From Okamejei kenojei (Eukaryota), in the NCBI GenBank assembly GCA_035221665.1, contig CM069159.1:20212001-20276000 (forward strand): a DNA stretch of 64,000 bases, in the 5' to 3' direction. The notes under the pieces are model-generated. The model was not told the DNA's origin. It did no database searches and saw nothing but the letters and a program-made list of their open reading frames with translations. The position numbers and the translations under genes were made by a program. Shown one piece after another: positions 25,856-38,248 of the stretch (position 1 is the stretch's first letter; each line of letters begins with the position of its first letter).

Positions 25856-26623
25856 ATTACAGCAAAATCTGAAGAGATTTGGGATAGAATTCATATTGTA
25901 ATTAAAAAGCAAGCCAGCTATAATAATTGAATAATTAAAAGTATTGTTGGCTCTTTTCTTTTTACCGATACATTATTTGATATCATCTGCACTGGTGTTA
26001 ATCACTGTTTCTTTTACTTGGTAAAACTCACTGAACTGGATAGCCAAAGCAAATCACTGTCCATCTCTTATAATGAGACATTTAGCCTGCACTACACAAC
26101 AGAACTAGCTCTAGCTTTTATTTCACCCTCCAAAGACCAGTTTCTTTTGCTGGCCACAGCTTCATACAGCTTCATACCTGTCCTTGATCCATTTGAAGGT
26201 ACTCTAATTTCCTCAGCCTCTCCTGTTCAGAATCTTCTATTACCAAATTAAGGATGAAGCTGGGGGAGAGGCTCAGTGCAGCTGACAAAGACACATTGAA
26301 CGTTGCAGTTTGGATGGAAATAGAATTCCATTTTGAAGGATATTCCCAGGATTTTGTCTGACTTAGTGAAATCTGATATAATTAACCAATGAACTAATGA
26401 TTAAAAAACAGAGAATGGATACAATGAGCAGCATTGCAGTCAGCCAACGTTAAATTGCTGCTAGGTATATCACATATTTGAATTTTCTTCATTTTAATAA
26501 GGTATGCAATGGTATTGGGATAATATTGTTATATTTCACTATTGGTTTCAAACACCTAACAGTCGGGTGCCAAGCTGGTGATGCTACGTACAGGATCATA
26601 TCGTATCATATCACCCAGCATAG

Positions 26624-27005
26624 GGGTGGCAGGGTGGCGCGGCAGTAGAGTTGCTGCCTTCCAGCGCCAGAGATCTGGGTTCAATCCTGTCTGCTGATGC
26701 TGTCTGTACAGTGTTTGTACGTTCTGCTTCGTGACCGTGTGGGTTTTCCACTGGTGCTCCGGTTTCCTCCCACATGGGGAGAAGGCAGGAGAATGGGTTA
26801 GGAGGAAGAGGTAGATCAGCCATGATTGATTGGCAGAGTAGACTTGGGCTAAATTGCCTAATTCTACTCCTATTATTTATGACCTTACGACTCCAAAGAC
26901 ATACACGTTTGTAGGTTAATTGGCTTTGGTAAAGATTGTAAATTGTCCCCAGTGTGTAGGATAATGCTGGGGGATCATTGGTTGGTGTGGACTCGGTGGG
27001 CCATG
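26624..27005 (+). mobile_element. HE1-like V-SINE interrupted by a CR1 3' tail (about 26775-26890)
   Basis: GGTGGCAGGGTGGCGCGGCAGTAGAGTTGCTGCC head; CCTCCCACA|insert|CTCCAAAGAC. Confidence 0.85.
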
Positions 27006-27734
27006 ATGTATAATGCTGAGCCACATATTTACCAGCTAGCCATCAGGGTGAACTACTAAATATTGGTTAAATAAACTTCTCCCCTTCTTTCATAATTAAT
27101 GTGATAAAACAATTAAAATATATTCACTCTTCACCTTTAAGCGAATTAAAGAGGCAAACATTAATTAACCGCTTGCTTTGCAAGGAAATCTGTTGTGAAA
27201 AATGATGGCAGGGATATTTTTAATTTTCATTCCTGATGTCATTAATTAATGACCACATATTCTTCATCATCAAGCAAGCAATATTACCTGTCAAATGGAA
27301 AATTAACAGCCCAAGCCTACTTTCTTCAATTAGTGGAAAGTAAGTGATACAAATTGCACACAGGTAGGTAAAAAAAAAGCAGGGACCTAAAACAAGCCTT
27401 GAAAACTAGTCCTGGGAATAACTCAATTATGAAACTTAAATGTACCTTAACCTTTGTGTAATTGGGTATTCAATTTTGAAGATGCATTTTGTGGGTTAAG
27501 ACTCCAAGTTAAAGTGACTTTTTAAGGATGGTCAGACTGAAGTGAGGGAAATCAGGACATGATATTCAACCATTAATTGGGAAGTTCATAAACAACACTG
27601 TCAGGTTCCCCCTGTGTAACTCCACGTTTGTTGGCTTTCGTGTAGAGTTGCCTATTGCAGGTTTTTGAAGCTATCACGTTTGCTCAAATCTGCACAGTCG
27701 GCTCAATTGACAGTACAAGCCCTCCAGTTATTTG

Positions 27735-28195
27735 ACAAGGATGAACAAAGATGTTGCCAGTAGTTGAGGGCCTGAGCGTTAGGGAATGGTTAGGTAGACT
27801 AGGATTTTATTCCTTGGAGCACAGGGGGATGAGGGGTAACCTAATAGAGGTGAATATGATAGTGGGGGAATAGATTGGGTAGATGCTAAGTTTTTTTACC
27901 CAATGTAGGGGGATCAACTAGGTCATAGGTGTAAAGTGAGAGGGGACATAGGAACAAGAGGGCCAACGTTTTCACATAAAGGTTTCACAGCAGCTTTTTC
28001 ACAGAACGAGCTGCCAGAAGGGGTAGTTGAAGCAAGTACTATAACAAGATTTAAGAGACATTTACACCGTTATGGATAGGAACATTTTAGAGGGACATTA
28101 GCCAAACGCAGGCGGGTGGGACAGTGCTGATGGGCATCTTGGTTGGCATGGGCAAATTGGGCCGAAGGGCCTGTTTCAATGCTGTATGAGTCTAA
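27735..28195 (+). mobile_element. CR1 3' fragment
   Basis: GATGTTGCCAG..TTTTATTCCTTGGAGC..GAACGAGCTGCCAGAAG..GGGCCGAAGGGCCTGTTTC. Confidence 0.85.
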
Positions 28196-29471
28196 CTGCT
28201 ATTTGATAGGTGGGTGCTGCAATGATGGTTTGTGGTCATAGGGTCAGGGTGTAGAAGGTCAGTGATCGCAGGAAGCATGTTCTTTGTACAAGCTGGCTAG
28301 AGCTGCAGCCACTTGCTCCTGGCAGGAAGTTGCCCAGGAAGGGTGTGTAAGAAGTCACACCACGTTAGTACTGTCCATGAATGAACGTACTTTGGGAAAA
28401 ATTGCAATGCTGGCAAATCCCATTCCACATTCCACCTGCTCCTGTGGGCTGAAGAAAAACTCATCTCTCTGCCAGTGTGGAGTTGTGCAAAGGAATATCT
28501 AGCCTAGACCATAGGAAGTGAATCACAGAGCTTGAGAGAGGAAGTTAATTTTGAAACAAAGATTGACAGAGAAAGGGAAATGTAAAGCAAGGCAAATAAC
28601 TAATTTAATCAGTATGTGGAATGAAATGGAATACGAGTTAAAAGATAATATAATGCAGTTAGCAGATTCCAAAATAGATCTAGGGATTACAAGAGATAAA
28701 TATGGAAGATCTTTAGCTGTGTATTTATCCAGAAACAAGGCACAGGGTTGTATTAGCAGAATTATTAAATATATATTCAAACCATTTGTATTTTCTTTAG
28801 CATCAGGCAACCTCATCTGGAGAACCGAGAAAGAATTCAGATTTCTTTATTGTCAGGAAGAATTATGTCAACTTTGGGATGGTACAGGTGAACTGTCAGA
28901 ATTATTGGGAAGGAATGCACAGTATGCATTTCTTATAGAAGGCAAAATTATTCAGGACATGAATAACTAAAATATGAGAAACATTTAATGAAATTGGACT
29001 TACTAGGATAGGAATTAAACTGGCACTTTTGCACTAAATGAGCAATATTACATGTCTCCATTGTACATCTTGTTCAATATACAGTGGAATCAATGAAATT
29101 GATCAGCAGTCAGAATGTGACTTTGAACGGAAGCACATTGCATTCCTGTCTAATGCGAATTTCTACCTCATCATCCTTGGAAGACAATGTTGAGGTGATT
29201 TGCTGAACATTTTGATTAAATTATAAACAACTTTGATCATGCTGAGCTGTACACATAGGCAAACTCATGAGTTAAATAATATGACAAATTATATCACAAG
29301 GTCAAGAAGGTCGTGAAACCCTCTCAGACGGTGGGATTCTAATGAAAAGGCAGTAGGACACGTCACAGAAATAAAGCAATTAGATGTTTTTTTCCTCAGA
29401 CAGAGATTGAATTGAGGGATTTGCGGAAGGATGGTAGATGGAGTTAATCCACATTGAATTCAATAAATTGA

Positions 29472-29775
29472 AAGATACTGCATGGAAACAGGTCCTTCGG
29501 CCCACCGAGTACATGCTGACCACCATTCACATGTTCACACTAGTTGTATGTTATCTAGTTTTCACTTCCAAGCCCAACTCAATAGGGGGAATTTACTGCG
29601 ATCAATTGACTTACAAACCCGCACAACTTTTGGGACGTGGGTGGAAAACGGAGCACTGGCATTAAACCCACCTGGTCATGGGAAGAATGTGCAAACTCCA
29701 CACAGACAGCACACAAGGTCAGAATTGAACCCAGGTCTTTGGTACTGTGAGGTAGCAGCTCTACCATCTGCACAC
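29472..29775 (-). mobile_element. HE1-like V-SINE
   Basis: GGAAACAGGTCCTTCGGCCCACCGAGT..GCAAACTCCACACAGACAGCAC..GTCAGAATTGAACCCAGGTC. Confidence 0.85.
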
Positions 29776-30649
29776 CTCTTGAAAAGACATGGGGCTGGTT
29801 TGAACCTAATGCACTTTTCCTTTACTTGTATATTAAAAAAAAACGAGATAATCCACCTACTATTTTAATGTCAATTCTCAAAACTGTTGCAGCTTAAATG
29901 TCAATAAAAGTGTTACATTGCTTGTAAAGCTAACATGCCTCATGACTGTACTAACCATTTGCATCACAACACAACCACAGACACAGATATAAATAACACC
30001 CAACCCACGTTTCAGAGTATATTGTAATAAGAAATTAAAATCTTCCTCTCGAGTTCTCTATAGATTTGGGTTTGACTGTTGTTGCAGCCATCTACATACC
30101 CTCCAAAATATATTCCAATGTGTAACATTATAGAAACAGTAATATTAAAAATTAAGAAATTTTACACATCATGAAACAATGTGACAGAAAATGTTTCAAA
30201 ATAAAATTTTATCTAAAATATTTTACTCTGTATTTGAGTCTCACAAAATACATTTTAACATATTTCAATGATTATGTGACCAGGTGAATAAAATACAACA
30301 AAGATCGTGTTTATGGTTGAGAATGGCTGGATGAATCTAGATTGGATTAAGGTTTCAAATATTATTCAATTCCACCTAAATCTAACTCAGGCTGAAGCCT
30401 AAAGGCAGTGTTATTTGTCAAAGTTTCAGACAAGGAACGTGGGAAAGTCTTAATATAACAGTGCGTGTTGAATGATTAATGCTATAAAGACCATTGGCTG
30501 CATTTCCAATTGTCTTTGCTCATCCAGCCAATTCAATTTAAAATTATACTGTAAATAATAACTTAAAAACCAATAACCACGTTATAAACAGTTAAAATAC
30601 ATAGTTGTCCCACAGTAGTCCATAGATTTCCATAAAATGTATTGCAAAT

Positions 30650-30983
30650 TGATTGATTGATTTAGATTTAGAGGTACAGCATGAAAACAGGCCCTTCAAC
30701 CCATAGAGGACAAGCTGACCATCGGTCACCCGTTCTGACCAGTTCTGTGTTATACCACTTTCTCATAACTGCACCACACATTAGGGGCAATTTGCAGAGG
30801 GTAATTAACCTACAAACCTGCATGTCTTTGGGAAATGAGTGGAAGCTGGTGCACTCGGAGGAAATCCAGCCAGTCGCAGGGGAGAAGGTGCAAACTCCAC
30901 GCAGACAACACCCGAGGTCAGAATTGAACTGGGTCTCTGGTGCCATGAGGCAGCAGCTCCACCAGCTGCACCACTGTGCCACC
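30650..30983 (-). mobile_element. HE1-like V-SINE
   Basis: TTTAGATTTAGAG tail; AATTAACCTACAAACCTGCATGTCTTTGG; GAGGCAGCAGCTCCACC..CACTGTGCCACC. Confidence 0.85.
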
Positions 30984-32789
30984 TCATTTGCTTTCATACT
31001 TCAAGGAAGTTGGTCTTGTTAGGGATGTATCTAACGGTTGATGCAAGTGCAGTGATGGAGGAAACAGAACAGTTTAATTTACCTTCTTCCTCAGTTGTGA
31101 TAGCAGAGCTTTTTCTTAAATTATTCAAATGACGACAGCTTTTGCATAGCCTGTTGTCATTACCAACACTACTTAAAAAAATGTAGAAGACCTCACCCCA
31201 CTGCTTGGCCAATTCAATTGGAAACTTTACACTCGGGACTTTGCTTCATTGTTGGTTGATGGTTGCTATGGTTTTGGGGTTAAATGTGTCCCCCAGGACA
31301 CGACCATCTTGCCATTGACTGTGCAAAGCTGTTCTGAAGTACAGCTCCATGTCACTGGCCTTCAGATGCAGCCTGTGTCATGGTTAATCTGAACACTGTT
31401 CGGTGCATTCTCAGGCTTCCAGCCAGATGACAGTGTAATTTATCCAGCATCTGCTCAAGGATTTTAAATCCACAGATGGGACTTGTCAAAGATTAGGACA
31501 ATTTGTAATGTTCTCAGGGCTCTCATTCTGTTGGGTTTATGCGGCTGAACCTCTCTGTGCTGTTTAATGATTCAGCACTGAAATGAGAGTCAAACCAGCA
31601 GAACGTGGCAGAAAGAAATCTAATATAGTCTGAGGGGTCCTTGGAGAACTAGATTCTGTTTGGGGTTTCTGGTGCAACAGCCTGTTTTGATGATGTTATC
31701 TGCATTTACACTTGCTAAGCCTTCGTCACTGAACAATACTGACCTTCAGAGGCTACATTCAGAATGAAATACTCTAAGAAAGAAGATTGCAGTCAGTGTC
31801 AACGGAGACCCACTGTGCTGCCCTGGAAATTCTTCCACTTCCATTTTATACTGGCGATTAGGAATGTTCTGAAATTATCTCATACTCATGCTTTCAGACA
31901 GATAACACTGAAAGCTCCCGTTGATACATTGGGGCACTGCAGCTTATTGTGGAGTGTGTTGCTGCTTCATTATGTTTGTTAGGAGGCAAATATTGACATA
32001 TTTTGTATGTAGAAATGGACGTGGTATTGGGGACAGATGGTGTGGCTCCATTCATCTGAAGATAATCTATCCTGACTTGGTTGGGGCTTGGGTTAACGAC
32101 ATGTTAGACATTAGCATATTTGCTAAATCAAAGTGGCACCTTTTCATGGCATGATTCTTTCATTTGAAGATCAAATACATATCTCTACTCAGTTTGGATA
32201 TCAAACATACTTGCTGGGCATTTGGATGTTGGCAAAGTCAAAAGGGTTGTATTTCCATAGGAAACTCCTTCATTTTGGTGGAAGTGCCGTTGAAGTTCAT
32301 AAGAAAAAGGAATATAGTTTACAGTGGAAGGACAGCATGGCCTCTGGAGAAACTTGCTCCCAAAGGTTCAACTTTGATGCAGATGATTGCAATAAAAGTC
32401 AGTGGTCAGACTCATCTTTCAACAATGACTTGTGGATTTATTTCCAATGAAGAATATAGAGGGCGCAGAAATTGTGTCAGAGGAACTAATGGCTACTGCA
32501 GTCAAAGTAGATGAACTCAATCAATCCGGATTCCTGCCATCCAAAGCTAGGTAGAATTTTAAGCAACTTATTGTCCTCCTTGTGTGAGTTATCTATATTA
32601 CTTCCACAGAGAGCTGCCTGAACAACTTGCTTCAAGTTGTAACATGATGTGCTGTCATTTCACCATAGACATCCAATTTCACCTAGATAGAAAGTTTGAA
32701 GAGAGTTTCCTTTGGGAGATTGATAGCCAGTTTATTTGTGAACCGGTACCATATCTCATTTGTGCAAGGCATTTACTATCCCCTCATAG

Positions 32790-33150
32790 AAGAGCATTTA
32801 TATAGCATGTTTCATGTTCCTTTTAAGATGTCAGAGCATTTTTCAGTCAATGATACACTCTTTTTAAGGATAGAGACTATTGAAGTATTGAAAGTGAGGA
32901 GGCAAATTTGTGCATAGCAAACCACTACAGATAACAGTGAACATGACATAATCAGCTTTGAATAATAGTGAGTGAATGACATTTGACCAGGGATTACTGC
33001 TTTGCTGATCTTTGAAATAGTGTTGTGGGATTTAAAAAAAATAAATTCAACATAGAGCACAGATGTATATCTAGTCCAAAATGCTCAACAATGTGGTACT
33101 CACTTCATATTGCATGAGTTTAGTGCTCAATCCTGTGGCATAGTCACTTG
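32790..33150 (-). mobile_element. Deu-SINE (SacSINE1-like), degenerate
   Basis: GCATTTATATAGCATGTTTCATG tail..CAAATTTGTGCATAGCAA..CTTTGAAATAGTGTTGTGGGATTT. Confidence 0.6.
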
Positions 33151-33229
33151 TGGTACTCAGTAGTAACATGTCCCCTCTATTACTGCTATAGCAAGAAACA
33201 TAACTGCCGTCGCTAGCACCATGTAGCGT

Positions 33230-33600
33230 ACAATGCAAATGAGCTGGTCAAACACATTCACCAACAATGGTGCAGCCACCATGTCAAGTCTGAAAGCCAT
33301 TCTAGCAAGGAGGCAAATAATCTGGGTCAGCCATTACATACAGACAATAATCGACTGGCTAAGGCAGAACTGTACAGTGAATTGGAGAAAGCTGGCAGGA
33401 GAATTGGCCAACTCCACTGCAATGAGTGTATCAAGCAGAATAAACATACTGCCATGCTTATAAAAAAAGCAGAAAGGTACACTCCACAATAAGCAAACTT
33501 GGTATTCTGCCATGAAAGAAGCAGTATGATGAACAGAATATCATTGCAGCACATTCGCCACCAGTAGGACAAGCAAAAGCAACAACTTGCCCTGTGTGTG
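33230..33600 (+). mobile_element. Ancient RTE-clade LINE fragment
   Basis: ORF SLKAILARRQIIWVSH, then LYSEL in a shifted frame, resembles the RTE motif SIEA.L...QLRW.GHV...LYGEL. Confidence 0.45.
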
Positions 33601-33974
33601 TCCATTGATTCCACTATCACAGGTAGTCATAATCAAGCACGTGTGACAATCATTATTGTTGTAATTTATAGACACAGCTGACACCTTATAGTTGCTTCTC
33701 AATGTTAGAATTATCAAATGGAAAAGATTGAGCAATCGAGAAAATATTTGCCAAAGTGTGAGCTTTCTAAGGTGGAGTTTTGAGGGAAATTGGAAGATTG
33801 CTGTTTTTGTATTTGGAAGATTGTTGTTGTCTCAGATGGCAGCGCTGTTTACGTCATTGATATTTAATGAGGTGAAGGTGGAGGATAAAATACTATTTGA
33901 AGCAAGTTACATCAGTGGCAAATCTAGCACCCAGTAACTGTTAGTTATTCCTGTGGTGGCATAAGGAATGATTG

Positions 33975-34350
33975 GTTGGCTAGGTCTGCATTCACTGGAG
34001 TGAATATGAATAATAGTGGATCTAAAAGGTTACACTTACAAGATTTTTACAGGGCTATGCAGATTGGATGCATGCAATTATTTTTTCTAACTCAAGTGAG
34101 GGAAAGAAATGAATAATGGCTTAGAGAAATTTAGGACTAGCATTTCTTCACTCAGAGAGTGGTGGACCTTTGGAATTCCCTGCCCTAAGTCATGAACATA
34201 TTTAGGAAGGAGAGATACATTCATCCAGATGCAAAAGGCATCCAGGGAGAGTGAGAAAATATGAGATGGATGATCAGGCATGATTGTGTTGAGTGTTGGT
34301 GCAGGTATGAATGACCTAATATTGCTCTTGTTCCCTACGTGTCTATGTTA
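33975..34350 (+). mobile_element. Old CR1 3' fragment
   Basis: GGCTAGGTCTGCATTCACTGGAGT..TTTCTTCACTCAGAGAGTGGTGGACCTTTGGAATTC. Confidence 0.7.
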
Positions 34351-35415
34351 TGAAGCTATTATAAAATCATCACTGTTTGGCAGAAAAGTTTCTAATCTTG
34401 CAAAATGCAATACAGATAATGGGAATACACTGCTAGTGTGTCACCTTCTGCATCCAATGCCACATTTTGCAGAGTAACACAAGTGTCAACATTTGATGAG
34501 GTCACGAATAGTTCTCAGTTCTGTGCCTTCTGCTTACATTTCCAGTTTGCTCTCAGACTCTTCATAGTGGGCAATGCAAGGATGTCCCTGTACCAGTATT
34601 ACATAGTATCTGCTTATCATTCCCGACTTGGAAATATAATATCTCTCAACAGGACATAAAGAAGGAAAAGGGCTATAAACTCATTAATATGCCAAAAACA
34701 CAGACGTCTGGAATTTTGTTACGATTTTCTGAGTCTACTGCCATATTTTCAGCAGAAAATTGGCAAGGATCCCATAGGAACTTGGTAAGTGTCCAATTAA
34801 TGCATTTTCCAATGATCTTACGTCAGAATTTCTTGTTGAGATGATGTGATTTGCTGCTGAATCAAATCTATCGAAATTCTATTCTTCGAGGGAAGCAAAA
34901 TAATTTTATTTTTCAGATATTATTGACTCAAACCTTTGTGGTATTTGCTACAAGAGAAAAACTATTGGGTTGTATCTCAAGAAGAGTGATAACTAATATT
35001 TCTATTCCTCAGAGCTCCTGCCTGTTGGAACTTCACCTTGGGAAATGTGGCAGGTTGTTCTTCACAATTGAACAAGATTTCTGCCATACGTCCCACATAG
35101 CACGTCCCACAATAACCCCAAGAAATATCCTGGTCAGTCCTTTAATAATCCGTCTTGAAACATTGAAATCCAGCAATCCTTCTATGTTACTCATCTGTGA
35201 AATTAGGGGTTCGACAATAATGTGGAAAATACACTTTTGTACTGATTTGCCCGTTCAGCATCTGCACTGATTACAATCACCTGGAATCTAACTCCATCTC
35301 CTTTTGCCATGTCCTCTAACATCAACCTCATGCCATCCTTTAACTTTTGCTTTGATATAAACTCTTCTAACTATAATTAATCCTGACTTTGCAGTCTTAC
35401 GTGGGATTACCATGA

Positions 35416-35632
35416 TGGGTGCTGTCGGGATGGAGCTTGTACATTCACCCTGTGACCACATGGGTTTTCTCTGGGTGTTCCAGTTTCCTCCCACATCCCA
35501 GAGATGTGCAGGTATGTAGGTTGATTGGCTTCAGTAAATTGCCCCTAGTATATTGGGGCAATTTACTGGTCGGCGCAGACTCAGTGGGCTGAATGGCCTG
35601 TTTTCATGCTGTATCTCCAAACTAAACTAAAC
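35416..35632 (+). mobile_element. 5'-truncated HE1-like V-SINE
   Basis: GGGTGCTGTC..CAGTTTCCTCCCACATCCC..GGCCTGTTTTCATGCTGTATCTCCAAACTAAACTAAA. Confidence 0.85.
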
Positions 35633-35671
35633 AGAACTGTGACCACAAACAAGGCTATTTCAAACACTTTC

Positions 35672-35962
35672 TCACTACTTAGACAGGTAGATGGATAGGA
35701 CAAGTTTGGAGGGATTTTGACCAAACGCAGACAAGTGGGACGTGTTTAAGAAGGAACTGCAGATGCTGGAAAATCGAAGGTAGACAAAAGTGCTGGAGAA
35801 ACTCAGCGGGTGCAGCAGCATCTATGGAGCGAAGGAAATATGCAACGTTTCGGTCTGAAACCCTTCTTCAGACCTTCAGGTGGGACTTGTGTCGCTGGGA
35901 CATGTTGGCTGGTGTGGGCAAGTTGGGCCGAAGGGCCTGTTTCCACACTATTCTATGACTCC
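35672..35962 (+). mobile_element. CR1 3' tail with nested minus-strand PLE repeat (35742-35873)
   Basis: TTAGACAGGTAGATGGATAGG..GTGGGAC|PLE|GTGGGAC..GGGCCGAAGGGCCTGTTTCC. Confidence 0.8.
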
Positions 35963-36079
35963 AACACTTAATTCTATACCAAATTCTAATTCTTCTGAAG
36001 CCACTCATTCCAAATTCAGAGAATCACAATTTCAAACTCAATTATCTTGACTTTGTGTTCTTTAAATTCACTGAATTTG

Positions 36080-36745
36080 CATGTTGTTGGCTAGGCCAGC
36101 ATTTATCACCAATCCCTGAATGTCCTGGAGGAGGAGGTGGTGTGTCATCTATTGGACCTCTGCAGTTCCTTTAGTGCAGGTACTCCCATTGCGCTGTAGG
36201 AAAGGGAGTTTCAGGAATTAGACCCAATGAACAGATGTATTTCAAATTAGAATTGTATGAAGCTTGAAGGTAAACCTCAGATAGACACAAAATGCTGTAG
36301 TAACTTAGCTGGTCAGGCAGTGCCTTTGGAGAAAAGGAACAGGTGACGTTTCAGGTTGGAACCCTTCATCAGACCCCGATTCCCATGACCCGACTACCTT
36401 TATCCTTCTCGGTGGTAGAGGTTGAAGGTGTGAGATTAGCAGTAGGTGTAACTACAATGCAAATTGTAGATGGAACACACTGCAACTAGTGTGCCTTGAT
36501 GATGGAGGAAATGAACCTTTGGGCAGTTGATAAGTTTGGTTTGCTTTGTGTTAGTGGATAGTATTAAGCCTCACATTTTTAGAGCTGCATCCATTCAGGC
36601 AAGTGAGGAATATTTCATCTTGCTCCTTATTTGTATCTTATAGAAGGTAAAAAAACATTTGGGCATCAGAAGGCGAGTCAGTTTCCATGGGATACTAAGC
36701 CTTTGATCTGCTCTGGTAACAACAGTAGAGTATGTCTAGTCCTGA
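36080..36745 (-). mobile_element. Ancient CR1/L2-clade LINE fragment with nested PLE repeat (36278-36374)
   Basis: GGCTAGGCCAGCATTTATCACCAATCCCT..GGAGGTGGTG..CTGCAGTTCC..AGGGAGTTTCAGGA resembles a common shark LINE 3' end; a related piece lies at about 19935-20045. Confidence 0.5.
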
Positions 36746-37679
36746 CACGTTTCTGATCAGTGGTGATCCCACCTCCGATACCGTCTCAGGCCAGTTGATC
36801 CTAAGCTCCTCTACTAATTCCAACTGCTCCGAAGACCAGCTAGAAAATAACTTTTTACCACCACCGTGTCTCGCTATTTATTTGCCAAACAGCCAATTTA
36901 TTTCCAGATTTAAGTCATACAGTGCATGCAGATTGATTTTCCAGCATCCTCCCACAAATGTACTAATAATATCAAAGACATTGCTTTCTCTCTGCTGGCC
37001 CACATACCAATCACACCAAACTCATTGATGTTCCTGGCCCCCAATCCATCAATATAAAAGTGTAAAAAATCTCATCCTGGTGTGACTTTATATTCCTGTC
37101 CAACATTAAAATCATTCCAGAACTCAGGGTTCTTCCAACTTTAATGACATACATATGCCATACTTAACTCATTCCACAGCGCAGACTATACATCCCCAGA
37201 CATCCAGTGGCTCTATAGAAAGTAAATCCCGAGCCAACTAATGCGAAGCTGATAATTCACAAATACTAATACATATTCTGTCGAAGAAATTTCATGACAG
37301 TGGTACATTCTCTTGTTATAACTATGCTCCGAGACAATGCAAACGATGGAGATGCTCGGTGCTGGGTGGCAGACCTGTGGTAGTGCAATAGAACTGAGGA
37401 CTTGGAGCAGATTTTAATAAAAATGTCAATTAGAAAATGTGGGTGCAGGGTGTATAACATGGAAATCGCACAGCAGCAATGCATCAAGTCTTCGCCAAAG
37501 GCATGTTCCAAAGCCATATTCTCTATCTAAAGAAAAGTAAGGGCATTTATGGGATTTCATCACCTCCCATATCCCTTGGAATAAATTTTTCCCAAATATT
37601 TCTAGTACATCCCTGTTTCCATTTCAATTCGTCTTGCAATGCTTCTCTTTTTCCTCTTTCAGCAATATATCTGATATTC

Positions 37680-38248
37680 CCCAAAAAGACCCACATTGCT
37701 GGAATATCTCAGCAGGCCAGGCAGCATCTCTGGAGACCATGGCTAGGTGACGTTTTGGGTCAGGACTCTTTTTCAGACTAATTGTAGTAGGGAGGAGAAA
37801 GCTGGTAGAGAGGTGGAGCAGGACAGAGCCTAGCACGAAACAGATGTCTGAAGTAGGGTCTCGACCGAAAAACGTCACCCATTCCTTCCCTCCGGAGATG
37901 CTGCCTGTCCCGCTGAGTTATTCCAGCATTTTGTGTCTATCTACGAGTCAGATGGATACAGGCAAGGGGGATGTTTGATTGGCAGATGGTTGGAGAAAGG
38001 CCAGAGATGAAAAGACAAAAAATGTGTGAGACGATAGGAGGCTCAGAAAAAGTGAAGACAGTGGAAGGAATATATGTGGAAAGGGATGGGAGAAGGGGAA
38101 AAGGAGAAATGGGTACTCATCCAAGTGGGTCACAGGGAAAATAGGGGAATCTAAAAATGGAACATTTAATGTTCAAATTTAATGTTGGGTTGTAAACTAC
38201 CCAAGCATAACATGTGGTGCGGTTCCTCCAGTTTGCATGTGGCCTCTC
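37680..38248 (-). mobile_element. Penelope-like element 3' portion (endonuclease C-terminus plus terminal repeat), with an opposite-orientation repeat nested at 37846-37943
   Basis: 38170-38248 reverse translates to EATCKLEEPHHMFMLGSLQPN; purine-rich spacer and terminal repeat as in 59815-60606. Confidence 0.8.

Noticed and set aside
28551-28970. 139-aa plus-strand ORF
   Set aside because: No recognisable domain and AT-rich composition; only the internal exon-like segment is kept as a weak candidate.
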